Positions 9,029 through 19,355 of a stretch of DNA of 64,000 nucleotides are shown here, piece by piece. Position 1 is the stretch's first letter. Every line of letters starts with the position of its first letter. Position numbers and translations under genes: made by a program. The stretch spans positions 1 to 64,000 of the IMG/VR virus record IMGVR_UViG_3300042914_003763. One strand, 5' to 3'. This stretch comes from a virus. The notes under the pieces were generated by a model, which had not been told where the DNA came from, did not search any database, and saw nothing but the letters and a program-made list of their open reading frames with translations.

Positions 9029-12000
9029 ATGTTAACTACTTACGTCCTCAATCAGAATAATATACTAAGTAATTACAGCAAGCCTAAACAAACACCACCT
9101 GTTAAATCGCAACTATCAAACAAACAGGTAGAAAAAATAGTAAGACAACAGGATATTGTTGTTAATAGATTTATAGATACGCTTGATAATAATATTCAAA
9201 ACTATCTAATTGGTAATATCGGTAAAAGTAGTATTAACTTTTTTCTACCTATTAAGAATGCACTATGGCAACTTTGGAATGAGTCATGGTTATTGGGACA
9301 AATTAATGCTGCTGAAGAATTACGTGCTGCTAAGTTTACTAGTAGTAGTGATGAGTTAATTAAATTTAACAATGCTGATGATTTATTACGTGCAGATCGT
9401 AAAAAAAGAAGAGAAGAAGCTAAACAAACTTATTTAATAGAAAAATTAAAAGGATTTAATGATAAATACAAAACAGGAAATGAATTTGATGATGATAAGA
9501 TAAGAAAATATGTTGAGTCAACAGGTATAAAAAATGTAACACCTGAATTAATAGCAAGATATAAAGATGAATTAGTAAAAGATGAGGAAGATTTATTTAA
9601 AAGATTAAAAAATAGCGAAACCCCTAAAACCGTTAAACAAAAGATAGACAAAAAAGAACGTGTTGCAAAAAAACAAATTAAAAAAGCAAGTAATGTGACT
9701 AATGATAAAAAAGAATTAACTAATGAAGAAAGAGAACAGCTTAAAGATAAATACTACGAAGGTAGACAGACTGAAAATGAACAAATAGGTAAAGTTAAAC
9801 CAGTTAAAGAACGTAAGGAAACTAAAGTAGATAACAAACAATATAAGTTTCCTAGTAACAAATCAAGTAACGAAGCTTATGAACAAGTACAACAGTTACG
9901 TGAACAACAAGAAGAAACACTTCCATCTAACCTTGAACAAACTAGTTTTGGACAAGCTTATCTAGATAAAAGATTAGATGTAATTAGTGGTTCATTGAAT
10001 CAACAGTTTGTTACGTCTTATAAAGATAAGTTAGTTAAAGTAGATAATAATAACAAAGTTATTGGTGGTATAATACCAGATTATTTTAACGATAATAGAT
10101 CAGATAAAGATAAGAGCTATGTTACTAAAATACGTCGTATGTATATTAGTGATACAAGAAATATAGATGAATATAAGCAAAAGGATAATGATTTAACTAG
10201 AATTATAAGTAGTTATAAAAAAGTTGAAGTTGTAGATAATACAGAGAGTTTAAAAAGAGATATAGGTAAATTAAGTCTTGAACTTCGTAATACACCTGTT
10301 AGGCAACGTCAGAAAATAGCTGATAAAATTAACGAATTAGAACAAGAATTAGCTAACGAAAATAAACGAATTAAAAAAGAAATAGATGAATCAGAAGATA
10401 AGAGTAAACAATTTGTTGTTATATCACAACAATATAAGGAGAAACTTAAACTAACTAAGGATACTTATTCAATTAAAGAATTAAATCAAATAAGAAGTGA
10501 TGTTCGTAAACAGATACGACAACAAGATCAGAACTTCTATAACACTAAACGTATTGCACTAACTGAACTTAATGCTGCATATAACTTAGGTAGATTAGAT
10601 TATTACCAGAATAACAATATTGATTATGTACGTTGGGAAGTTAGTGTTGAACACAAACGTAGAGAACTTAATAATGCTAACAAGAATGATGCTGGTACTA
10701 TAAGAAGTTACAATAGTACGTATTATGGTAATTTAGCTGGCAACTATAAAGGATCTGTATGTCCTGTATGTTGGGAACGTAACGGTAAAGAGTTCTCAAT
10801 TGATGAAGTAACAAGTAATCCTGAATTACAAATACCAGTTCATCCTTTTTGTGCTTGTATATTAGTACCAGTTACAGATAAAGATGATAATGATAAAGAT
10901 AGAAAAAAGAAAATTAAGTTAAAAAAATCAGAGTTATTAAATAATAGTGTATTGAAATGGGCTGCTGGTGCTGGTTTACTTATACTTGGTACTGCGGCGA
11001 TGTATGCTGCATTTCGTATGACAAGACGTAATCCAATACAACCTACCATAGCTGAACAAACACCTCAAGTAACTAAAATAATACCTAAAAAAGTTAAAGC
11101 ACCTGAATATATTAAACGAATAGCAGATGAAACTATAGAAACGATCATTGAAAATGAAGAACAGTTAATTAGAAAAGTTAAAGCTGCTAAGAACGTTAAG
11201 ATTAAACCGTCGCAACAACCACAAGTTGATAATGATACTAATGAAATAGTAGATGATGTTGCTAATCAAGTAGATGATTCACCAAGTCTTATTGATGTAG
11301 CTAGAGAAAACCAAGATGAGATATTAGAACAATTACCGCGTAACTTAGATGATATAGACAATGATGTTCCTATTCCATTAGACGAACTACAACCTAAAAG
11401 TAGTAAGCTACCTGAATTACGTAATCAATTAGATGAAGAATTTGTTTATGTAGATCCTGTTCCATTAAACATACCAACTAAAACTGTAGATATAAAACCT
11501 TACGAACAACAAGTTAACAGAGCAATTAATCAAGATTATTTAGATGAAGTAGGAGATGTACTTGATGATGCAATAAGACAGCGTAATAACTTTAATACTG
11601 TTAACCCTGCAAGTGTTGTTAGTATTCCAACTCGTAATGAATTAGATGAGATAACTGAACGATTACAAGGATATAAAGAATATGTACGTAGTGCATTAAC
11701 TAAGGAACAACGTAATGCAATAATAAAACAATACCGTAATGACATAAGGCAAGTTAATAATATCATTAATAAGTACGAACAAGATAATGTACTTATCTAC
11801 ACTGAAATAAGAACTCTAATGTCATTAAGAGAAGAAGGTATATCTAAACTTACTAATGTATTAGGTGAGGTAGATGATGACATAGCAACTATATTTGGTA
11901 GTACCAATATAGGAAGACAAATAAATCAAGAGTTGATTGATTTAGAAAGAATACTTATTAATAGATATGATGATTTAAACGTTAACTTAGGTGGTTATTA

Positions 12001-12460
12001 CAATAGAGCTAATGAAATTAAAAGTGAGATAGTTAATGCTAATCCCAACTTAATATTAGATTATTTAAAGAAAATAAAAGGTACTTTAACTACATCCCTT
12101 AGCAAGATTAGAACTAATGACTTTAATATTAATTATGTAGATAGAGTATTAAATGAATTAGAAGTTATATTCGGTAAAACAGGTAGAATAAGTGATAAGG
12201 ATTTCTTTTATTATTCAAGTAGATTAGATGAATTAACTAAAGAAGTTAAGACATTTGAAAAACAAATTACAAAAACACTATTAGATGTTGATTTAAAATC
12301 CCTAATTAAACAAATGTCTAATTCCCCTAACCCAGATAATGATTTATTGATTATGGCTATCGTATTATCTGATTACCGAAATATAATTAAAACAACTTAT
12401 AATAGGATTAATAGTTTGAATGTTAATCTAATAACTAAATTTAATTCGTCGCTTGATTAA
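9029..12460 (+). CDS. Very long MuF/SPP1 gp7-like head morphogenesis protein (ATG 9029 preferred over TTG 8894)
   Basis: RIALTELNAAYNLGR, VRWE, VCPVCWERNG, PVHPFCAC; then a hydrophobic helix and a long C-terminal extension. Confidence 0.8.
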   Translation: MLTTYVLNQNNILSNYSKPKQTPPVKSQLSNKQVEKIVRQQDIVVNRFIDTLDNNIQNYLIGNIGKSSINFFLPIKNALWQLWNESWLLGQINAAEELRAAKFTSSSDELIKFNNADDLLRADRKKRREEAKQTYLIEKLKGFNDKYKTGNEFDDDKIRKYVESTGIKNVTPELIARYKDELVKDEEDLFKRLKNSETPKTVKQKIDKKERVAKKQIKKASNVTNDKKELTNEEREQLKDKYYEGRQTENEQIGKVKPVKERKETKVDNKQYKFPSNKSSNEAYEQVQQLREQQEETLPSNLEQTSFGQAYLDKRLDVISGSLNQQFVTSYKDKLVKVDNNNKVIGGIIPDYFNDNRSDKDKSYVTKIRRMYISDTRNIDEYKQKDNDLTRIISSYKKVEVVDNTESLKRDIGKLSLELRNTPVRQRQKIADKINELEQELANENKRIKKEIDESEDKSKQFVVISQQYKEKLKLTKDTYSIKELNQIRSDVRKQIRQQDQNFYNTKRIALTELNAAYNLGRLDYYQNNNIDYVRWEVSVEHKRRELNNANKNDAGTIRSYNSTYYGNLAGNYKGSVCPVCWERNGKEFSIDEVTSNPELQIPVHPFCACILVPVTDKDDNDKDRKKKIKLKKSELLNNSVLKWAAGAGLLILGTAAMYAAFRMTRRNPIQPTIAEQTPQVTKIIPKKVKAPEYIKRIADETIETIIENEEQLIRKVKAAKNVKIKPSQQPQVDNDTNEIVDDVANQVDDSPSLIDVARENQDEILEQLPRNLDDIDNDVPIPLDELQPKSSKLPELRNQLDEEFVYVDPVPLNIPTKTVDIKPYEQQVNRAINQDYLDEVGDVLDDAIRQRNNFNTVNPASVVSIPTRNELDEITERLQGYKEYVRSALTKEQRNAIIKQYRNDIRQVNNIINKYEQDNVLIYTEIRTLMSLREEGISKLTNVLGEVDDDIATIFGSTNIGRQINQELIDLERILINRYDDLNVNLGGYYNRANEIKSEIVNANPNLILDYLKKIKGTLTTSLSKIRTNDFNINYVDRVLNELEVIFGKTGRISDKDFFYYSSRLDELTKEVKTFEKQITKTLLDVDLKSLIKQMSNSPNPDNDLLIMAIVLSDYRNIIKTTYNRINSLNVNLITKFNSSLD

Positions 12461-12462
12461 TT

Positions 12463-14013
12463 ATGTTTTTTCTATCTGATCTATCTACATTTAAGAAACA
12501 AAAAGATGAAGAAAAGAAACCTAATCGTACTATTCAAAAAGTTAAAGGTATTGCGTTATTAGGAGGATCTGGTATTGTTGGTACTCAAGCTGTAAGAAGC
12601 GGTTTACCTAGATTAGTTGGTGCTAGGTTAGAACAACATGGTACAAGTCGTAAAGCTGCTGCAAATATTATTAAAGAAGGTTATTTAGATCCTGCTTATG
12701 GTGGTGCAGAAAGTGGTGTTACTGCATCAATGAAGTTACCAAAAGAGTTTATGGATAGAGCTAAAGGTTACACATTTATTAGCGGTAAGAACCCTAATCA
12801 TCCATTTTGGAATGAACGTAACCCATTAAGTCCTATATGGGATGTAATTAATAGAAAAGTACAAGTATTAGGTTATCGTGGATCTAAAGCAGGTAAATTA
12901 ACAGATAAAGATGTAGAAAAAGGGGCTAAGTTTATTGGTGGTACTCTATCTTCAATGCTGAATCCACTTGAGAAAAAATTAAATGATATGACTCCTGAAA
13001 AGTATTTAGAAGAAATCAAAAAAAAAGCCGAAAGTGGAAATCGTTTCTATAAGTCACGTTATGAACGATTGAAAAATAATTCAGATGAACTTAAAGCTGA
13101 AGTTAGAAGAACTCAAAAAGATATTAAAAAAGTAATTAAACAAACTAAAGATATAGCTAAGAGAAGTTATAAAGATCCCAGTAGAATTAAAGGTATTAAA
13201 AATACACAACTTAAATATAAAGAATTATTTAATGAATATAAAGATGAATTTAAAGAATATATTAAGAACAAAGATAACATTCTTAGAGTTAGTAGTTATG
13301 AAACAAATAAACTTTTAAAAGGATCTTCATATAAACGTACATTGGATAAATTTTTAAGTGATAAAGCTAAAAGTGGAGATAAAAAGGCAGCTAGATTACT
13401 TAAATTACAAGAGTCATTACAAGATCAAATTGGAACTCAAAAAACGTCTAAATATTTAGGTTTAGGTGCTGGTTGGACTCAAAAGCTAGTTAGTTCTCCT
13501 GCTCTTGGTGCTGTTGGTGTAGGTAAAACATTATATATTCCTGGTACAGATGATTATTTCAACAATACTGAAAGGTTTAAGTATGACATAGATGATCCAT
13601 TTGGTAACCCATTAAAAATGGGTAAGTCATTTCAATCAGAACAAGGTGGTTTTGGTGGTAATGCACTTAAAACAAAAGAAAAAGTAAGAGCATTTGGTAA
13701 TAGGTTTGCTGCAACTAAATATCTGTTAGAACAAGAAGGTAATGGTAATTTATTCAAAGGTGCTGGTAAGTTAATAGCAGCTAACCCTAAACGTGCATTA
13801 GCTGGTGCAGCAATATTAGGATTAGGTGGTGCTGGTAGTTATATGTTAGGTAAGAAAGGTATTAATTTAATTAAAGGTGGTCAACCTGATAAATTAAGAG
13901 ATAGAAAAAGCAAAGTAAAATCGTATGTTCGTAAAGGTAAATTAGTTAAAGGTTTTGAAAGATTGAATCCATTTTATAATAAAAATAAAGTCAAACGTCG
14001 TAAATCTAATTAA
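12463..14013 (+). CDS. MFFLSD-leader protein with ADP-ribosyltransferase-like motif
   Basis: MFFLSDLSTF; QHGTSRKAAANIIKEGYLDP...YTFIS; Gly-rich hydrophobic segments; C-terminal KVKSYVRKGKLV. Confidence 0.65.
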   Translation: MFFLSDLSTFKKQKDEEKKPNRTIQKVKGIALLGGSGIVGTQAVRSGLPRLVGARLEQHGTSRKAAANIIKEGYLDPAYGGAESGVTASMKLPKEFMDRAKGYTFISGKNPNHPFWNERNPLSPIWDVINRKVQVLGYRGSKAGKLTDKDVEKGAKFIGGTLSSMLNPLEKKLNDMTPEKYLEEIKKKAESGNRFYKSRYERLKNNSDELKAEVRRTQKDIKKVIKQTKDIAKRSYKDPSRIKGIKNTQLKYKELFNEYKDEFKEYIKNKDNILRVSSYETNKLLKGSSYKRTLDKFLSDKAKSGDKKAARLLKLQESLQDQIGTQKTSKYLGLGAGWTQKLVSSPALGAVGVGKTLYIPGTDDYFNNTERFKYDIDDPFGNPLKMGKSFQSEQGGFGGNALKTKEKVRAFGNRFAATKYLLEQEGNGNLFKGAGKLIAANPKRALAGAAILGLGGAGSYMLGKKGINLIKGGQPDKLRDRKSKVKSYVRKGKLVKGFERLNPFYNKNKVKRRKSN

Positions 14014-14023
14014 CTAATTAATT

Positions 14024-14683
14024 ATGTTTTTTCTATCTGATTATGATGTTTCAGAATACCGTAAATTAGGTGCTAAAGATAAAACTCCTCGTAAACGTAA
14101 TTGAAAAAAGATATTAGGTTATGGTGCATTAGGTATAGGCGGTTTAGCTGCATCTGGTTTGTTATTAAGAAGGGCAGGTAAAGATTTATATAAAGCCAAG
14201 AATGTTGCTAAAAGCGTTCAAGATAATATACCCACTGTTAATACAACACCTACTAACTTTCCCAAAGTACCTCAACAACCATCTAGTGGTGTGTATAAAG
14301 ATTGGAGTGAAGAAGCAGTAAAGAAAAACCTAGATAATCCTAATTATGTTTGGGAATTTAATAGCAGCGAACTAACTACATTTAAACGAGGACGAGATAG
14401 AAAAAAGAAAGCTAAACGTATGGGTTAGTAGGGTGCTAAAGTTCGTGTTGGTACTGGTAGTGCAATGGGAGCTACTACATTAGGTACAGCAAGTTAAGTT
14501 GTTGGTGGTAAAAAAGGCGCAATGATTGTTGCTTCTTTAGGTGGAGTATTGGGTACTGCCGGATCATATCTTGAACATCGTAATTCACCTTACTCACCAA
14601 TTGGTAAAAATAAATGGAAGAATTACAAACAATCATCGAGATGGTATGGTATTCCAACTGAAAAACTTGATTTAATAGGTTAA
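14024..14683 (+). pseudogene. MFFLSD-leader family gene with four in-frame stops
   Basis: ATG 14024 MFFLSDYDVSEYRKLGAKDK; stops at 14102 (TGA), 14426 and 14429 (TAG TAG), 14495 (TAA); frame continues to SPYSPIGKNKW as in paralogues. Confidence 0.8.
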
Positions 14684-14689
14684 TAATTA

Positions 14690-16264
14690 ATGTTTTTTCT
14701 ATCTGATGTTAAGTCTGTAGAGTTTGCTAAAAGTAAAACTAAAGTAAAATCATATGTTCGTAAGGGTCGTATTGTAAGACAACATGATCGTAAAGTTGAT
14801 ATTAAATCGGCATTACTGGGTGGCGGCATTGGAATATTAGGAGTTGGTACATTAACTGGTGCTTACTTATTAGGGAAAGGTAAAGTTAAACCTCAACAAT
14901 TTAAAGTTGATACAGATGAAATAGCTAATAAGATAATTAGCAAGTTACCTAAAGAAAATATTGTTAATGTAGATGATATTGTTAGTAGAGTTAGTGAAGC
15001 AACACCTAGACCTATAGCTAAAGTTAAAATTGTTAGACCTAAACAACCTGTACAACAAACACTAACTAAACAAGATGTTGAAGATGTAGTTAAAGGTGTG
15101 TTAGATAAACAACCTAAACCTAAAACTACTAATATTGATTATGAAGAGATAGCTAAACGATTAACAGCATCTTTACCTAAACAACAAATACAAACAACAA
15201 GTAGTGTTAGTAATGTTGTTGATAGTAATTTACCAGTATTACCATTGAAAAGAGTTAATCTACCTATTAAGATATATAAACTTAGTCCTAAGAAAATAGA
15301 AGAAGAGACAAAAAAAGCAAGTGAAATGTTAGATGATGAACTCGACATTAAAATTAATGAGTTATACGAAGAAATGAAACCATTTATTGATGTAGAAGAT
15401 CAAATTAACTCCAGTAAAAGATTAAAAGAGTTGATAGAAGAATATAAAAAATTAGATAAAGAAGCAAGGCAAAGAGAAAGATGGCTAACAGAACCTAAAA
15501 ATCTTATTAATAAAATTGGTTTAAGTAAAGTAATAGATAAAGATATATCATTAGATAAAATAGATTTTGTTTTAGAAGATGATCCAGAATATTTAGAAAA
15601 ATTAAAGAAACAATTAACTAGAATGAGTAAAATTAAAAATATTTATACTGAAGAATTAAAAAAAAGAAAAAAATTAACTAGAAATCCTAATGCGTATAGT
15701 GACAATGGAATTAGTAAATCTGTAGATGTAGATGCTCCTATAATTACTACTAGTCAAGAAGAGATTGATAGACTAAATGACTTCCTAAGTGACTTTTCCG
15801 CCGCTAATGACTTAGTTAAATTTTGCAAAAAAATGAATCAACTTAACGATTCACACCTATTTTTTCTATCTGACTTAGAAGTTACATTTGCTAGACGATT
15901 AGGAAGTAAGGATAAAGTTAAACGTATGAGTAGATTAGGTGCTGGTTTACGTATTGGAATACCAGCAACAATTGGTGCAGCTATAGGTGGAGTAGCAGGT
16001 AACATGATCAGTGTTCACAATGAAGGTATTAGATCACAACTTAACAATGTTAATCCTAATTACAAGAAAGCCGCAATAATTGGTAGTTTAGTTGGTGGTA
16101 CGTTAGTAGGTGGAGCAATGGCAGGTTCTAGTTATTTAGAACATAAAGCGTCACCATATTCACCAATTGGTAAGAAGAAATGGCGCAATTATCCTGTAGA
16201 ACCAAAAGTATATGGGATACCTGTTAAAAGTTTATCATTAATTAAAGGACTAGATCAACAATAA
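14690..16264 (+). CDS. MFFLSD-leader polyprotein-like protein
   Basis: N-terminal MFFLSDVKSVEF plus KVKSYVRKG; second internal LFFLSDLEVTF-ARRLGSKDK; SPYSPIGKKKW. Confidence 0.75.
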   Translation: MFFLSDVKSVEFAKSKTKVKSYVRKGRIVRQHDRKVDIKSALLGGGIGILGVGTLTGAYLLGKGKVKPQQFKVDTDEIANKIISKLPKENIVNVDDIVSRVSEATPRPIAKVKIVRPKQPVQQTLTKQDVEDVVKGVLDKQPKPKTTNIDYEEIAKRLTASLPKQQIQTTSSVSNVVDSNLPVLPLKRVNLPIKIYKLSPKKIEEETKKASEMLDDELDIKINELYEEMKPFIDVEDQINSSKRLKELIEEYKKLDKEARQRERWLTEPKNLINKIGLSKVIDKDISLDKIDFVLEDDPEYLEKLKKQLTRMSKIKNIYTEELKKRKKLTRNPNAYSDNGISKSVDVDAPIITTSQEEIDRLNDFLSDFSAANDLVKFCKKMNQLNDSHLFFLSDLEVTFARRLGSKDKVKRMSRLGAGLRIGIPATIGAAIGGVAGNMISVHNEGIRSQLNNVNPNYKKAAIIGSLVGGTLVGGAMAGSSYLEHKASPYSPIGKKKWRNYPVEPKVYGIPVKSLSLIKGLDQQ

Positions 16265-16266
16265 TT

Positions 16267-17472
16267 ATGACAACTAAAAAATCTAAAGTTAAGAGTTATG
16301 TAAGAAAAGGAAAAGTAGTTAGATCATATGATCGTAATAAGAAGAAAGTTTCTTTAGCTATGCGTGCTGGTGCATTAACAGGACTAGTTGGAGGATTAGG
16401 TGCTACAGCATTATTAGCTAGAAAATATCCTAATATTGATATAAGTACACTTACTAACTTAGGTACGCAAGCTTCTATGTACGGCGCACTTGGTGGTGCT
16501 ATAGCTGGGAAAGCCATTGGTAACAGATTTTTTCTATCTCCTGAAGAACGTGAGATACAACAACAAAAACAAATAGAGTTAGAAAAAAAGATGATACCAT
16601 ATCAAGATAAAGACTTATCTGGTATTCAAGAGGGTATTTCAACAGGTACTAATTTAGCAATGTTAGGTGGTGCAGGATCATTACTTTACAGTGGTGCTAA
16701 GTTAGCTAAACAAATTAAAAAGAAATACCCTAATATTAGCCCATTAAAAGCATTGGAAGCTAGAATAGATCCTGCTGTATTACAAAGTTATGGTGGTAAA
16801 GCTTTTAAAGGTGCAGGTAAAGTGGCATTAACAGCAGGTGTAGTTGGTGCTGGTTTAGGCTACTTAGGTGGTCGTAAAAGTGCAGATAAGATTAACAAAA
16901 GATTGGGACGTGATGATATTAAAGAATCAAATAAAGAACGTGCAATTAAAATAGCTAAAGGTGTTGGTGCAGCAGCTATTGGTGCTGGTGTTTTAGCAGG
17001 ATTAAGTTATGGGATTGGTAAATTAAGTGCTAGTAATCCTGCATATCAACTTCAACGAGATAAGTTAAGAGCTATATCAGATCAGTTAGGTCAACAAAAT
17101 AGAATTAAAACTGAAGCTAAATTAAGAGAAAGTGCTAGTAAGTTAGTTGATGAATATCAATACTTATCTAGAAATAACAAAGATATTAAGTTATTAGGAG
17201 ATGGTACTAACCTTAACCCCGATGTTAATAGTTATGACATTATACGTGAACAAATTAAACGTAAAGGTGAACTTATTGGTAGAGGTATTGCTAGAAGATC
17301 AAAGCAAAATACTAATGCACTTATTAAATGGGAAAACTATTTAACCAATCCTAATAATTCAGGTAAGTTAGCAGCAGCTATCTATGCTCCTACTGGTGCA
17401 GTTGCAGGGTTAGGATTATATAAAACTAGTTATGGTGGGGATAAGTATCGTAAACGTAATAAGAATAAATAA
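16267..17472 (+). CDS. Basic Gly-rich protein with VKSYVRKG motif and several hydrophobic segments
   Basis: KSKVKSYVRKGKVVRSYDR; multiple GxxxG helices. Confidence 0.75.
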   Translation: MTTKKSKVKSYVRKGKVVRSYDRNKKKVSLAMRAGALTGLVGGLGATALLARKYPNIDISTLTNLGTQASMYGALGGAIAGKAIGNRFFLSPEEREIQQQKQIELEKKMIPYQDKDLSGIQEGISTGTNLAMLGGAGSLLYSGAKLAKQIKKKYPNISPLKALEARIDPAVLQSYGGKAFKGAGKVALTAGVVGAGLGYLGGRKSADKINKRLGRDDIKESNKERAIKIAKGVGAAAIGAGVLAGLSYGIGKLSASNPAYQLQRDKLRAISDQLGQQNRIKTEAKLRESASKLVDEYQYLSRNNKDIKLLGDGTNLNPDVNSYDIIREQIKRKGELIGRGIARRSKQNTNALIKWENYLTNPNNSGKLAAAIYAPTGAVAGLGLYKTSYGGDKYRKRNKNK

Positions 17473-17475
17473 CAT

Positions 17476-18156
17476 ATGCAATTCGCACTCTTCAACAAGA
17501 AAGAAGTTAGAGTTAAGTCATTTACCAGAAAAGGTAAAGTAGTTAAAGGATATAACCGAATACAAGATGCACTAATTAAAAAGAATAGTAAAGGTAAGAA
17601 AGAACTTACTAATTTAAGTAAAGGATTAATTGGTGTTGGTACATTAGGAACATTAGCTTTAGGTTACAAAAATAGAAGATTAGTAGAAGATGTTTTACAT
17701 AAGGTAAAGAAGAAAATTAATAGTGATAAGTTATCTCAAGATGTAACGTTAGCAGTTGGTAAACCTTTTACTTCTGGTGTAGGACAAACCGCAGTTAATA
17801 TGTACAAGAATGCGCCGGATTTAACACCAGAAGAAACTAAAAAGTTAAAAGAAATGATAGAAAAAGGTATTAAAGCTCAAGGTAAATTAAATACAACTGC
17901 AACAGGTGATGAATTTTTTAAATTAAGAGACAGACGCGACTTACGTAATAAAAATAAACTAGAAAAACGTAAAGAAAATGCTAGAGGTTTAATAGGTGGT
18001 TATAAAAATTATAGTTTTGATGATGATTTATATACTCAAATAAATATAAACCGTCGTAATAATGGAAATAGAAAAAAACGTAAAGAGTTAGCTAATAAAT
18101 TACGTGAACAGTTAGGTGGTAACTTTAGAAGATTTAATAGATTAAGGTTCTTCTAA
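17476..18156 (+). CDS. Basic protein with VKSFTRKG motif and hydrophobic segment
   Basis: MQFALF-NKKEVRVKSFTRKGKVVKGYNR; GLIGVGTLGTLALG. Confidence 0.7.
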   Translation: MQFALFNKKEVRVKSFTRKGKVVKGYNRIQDALIKKNSKGKKELTNLSKGLIGVGTLGTLALGYKNRRLVEDVLHKVKKKINSDKLSQDVTLAVGKPFTSGVGQTAVNMYKNAPDLTPEETKKLKEMIEKGIKAQGKLNTTATGDEFFKLRDRRDLRNKNKLEKRKENARGLIGGYKNYSFDDDLYTQININRRNNGNRKKRKELANKLREQLGGNFRRFNRLRFF

Positions 18157-19001
18157 TCATAAAGATATTTGATTATAGGTAGAGTTACTAACTTATTAGT
18201 ACCTTTACCTTCTTGTAAATAAGCATTTAACATATGAGTATTAATATTATTAATAACAACTGCGTTCTTTGATTTAAGTGGTGCAAACCAATCATTATCG
18301 CCCATTATGTTAAGTGCTTTTTTAGTTGGATGTATTTTAAAATCAGAACTTGCTATTGTGGTAAGTTTAAGTTTGACACCTTTTTTATCTAACATAAATT
18401 GAATATCACGCGCCATATTAGATCCAGCACTGTATCCAATTATATTTATCTTCTTAGTTGGATTTTTCATATACCAACTATATATTTGTTCTGCTAACTT
18501 AACAGATTCATCATTACGTCCACTAAATAAAGGTGATGATATTTTTTTAAATGCCGTAGGGAAATATAATATTTGATTCTTAGGTGGTGTAAATGTAAAG
18601 TTATGATCTAATGCTACAAACTTATGATTTTTTCTAACTTTACTATTCATATCTTTTCTTATAGCAGTCATAATAGCTTCTGCTTGTTTTAAGGGTGATT
18701 CATCTCCTTTAGCTTTACCACTACCAAATCCACCAATAGTAAACGTAATATCTTTAACATTATCTGCTAACTTCTCACCAATATCAGGATTAGCTTTTAA
18801 GTTATTAGCTACAACATTTAAGTTATTAACATAACGTTTTCGTAATACAAGATAAGTAATAGCACTAACACCTAATGCGCCGCCAATTATTTTAGCTGTA
18901 TTAAGTAACGTATTATTTTTTCTATCTTGTTTACGTTTGTAGTTTCTTACTAACTTACCTCTTCTTACATAACCCTTAACATTAACATCTTGCTTAGGCA
19001 T
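18153..19001 (-). CDS. Alpha/beta-hydrolase (lipase/esterase-like) with VKGYVRRG motif and TM helix
   Basis: TIGGFGS oxyanion-like loop, INIIGYSAG nucleophile elbow, MGDND, NTH. Confidence 0.65.
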   Translation of the reverse strand: MPKQDVNVKGYVRRGKLVRNYKRKQDRKNNTLLNTAKIIGGALGVSAITYLVLRKRYVNNLNVVANNLKANPDIGEKLADNVKDITFTIGGFGSGKAKGDESPLKQAEAIMTAIRKDMNSKVRKNHKFVALDHNFTFTPPKNQILYFPTAFKKISSPLFSGRNDESVKLAEQIYSWYMKNPTKKINIIGYSAGSNMARDIQFMLDKKGVKLKLTTIASSDFKIHPTKKALNIMGDNDWFAPLKSKNAVVINNINTHMLNAYLQEGKGTNKLVTLPIIKYLYD

Positions 19002-19016
19002 AGTACGGTATATCAG

Positions 19017-19256
19017 TTATATATCAGATAGAAAAAATATAGGTTGTTTGTTTAGTACCTTACTAAACTGAATTAGTGTTTCAACATCAACTGATTGTTT
19101 AGCACTTTCAATATAACTAATGTTACTGTTGTCACAAAACATTAGATTAGCTAATTCTATTTGTGTTAAGTTAGCTTCTAGTCTTGCTTGTTTAATACGT
19201 TTAGCTACTAATTGTCTGTATTTGTTTTCAACTCTTGTTTCTTTAGTTATTGACAT
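19017..19256 (-). CDS. XRE-family HTH transcriptional regulator
   Basis: RIKQARLEANLTQIELA...ISYIESAKQSV...L...SKVL. Confidence 0.9.
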   Translation of the reverse strand: MSITKETRVENKYRQLVAKRIKQARLEANLTQIELANLMFCDNSNISYIESAKQSVDVETLIQFSKVLNKQPIFFLSDI

Positions 19257-19355
19257 ATTGAGTGTATTTCAAATTAGTTACTACATCTACTATACATAAG
19301 ATAACGTATGTATAGATAACAAGCTTAGTTGTCTATGATTAATTAGCTATTTAAC

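Noticed and set aside
14024-14683. Alternative genetic code or stop-codon recoding
   Set aside because: Three different stop types occur in one gene, other long genes are open in code 11, and no suppressor tRNA was found
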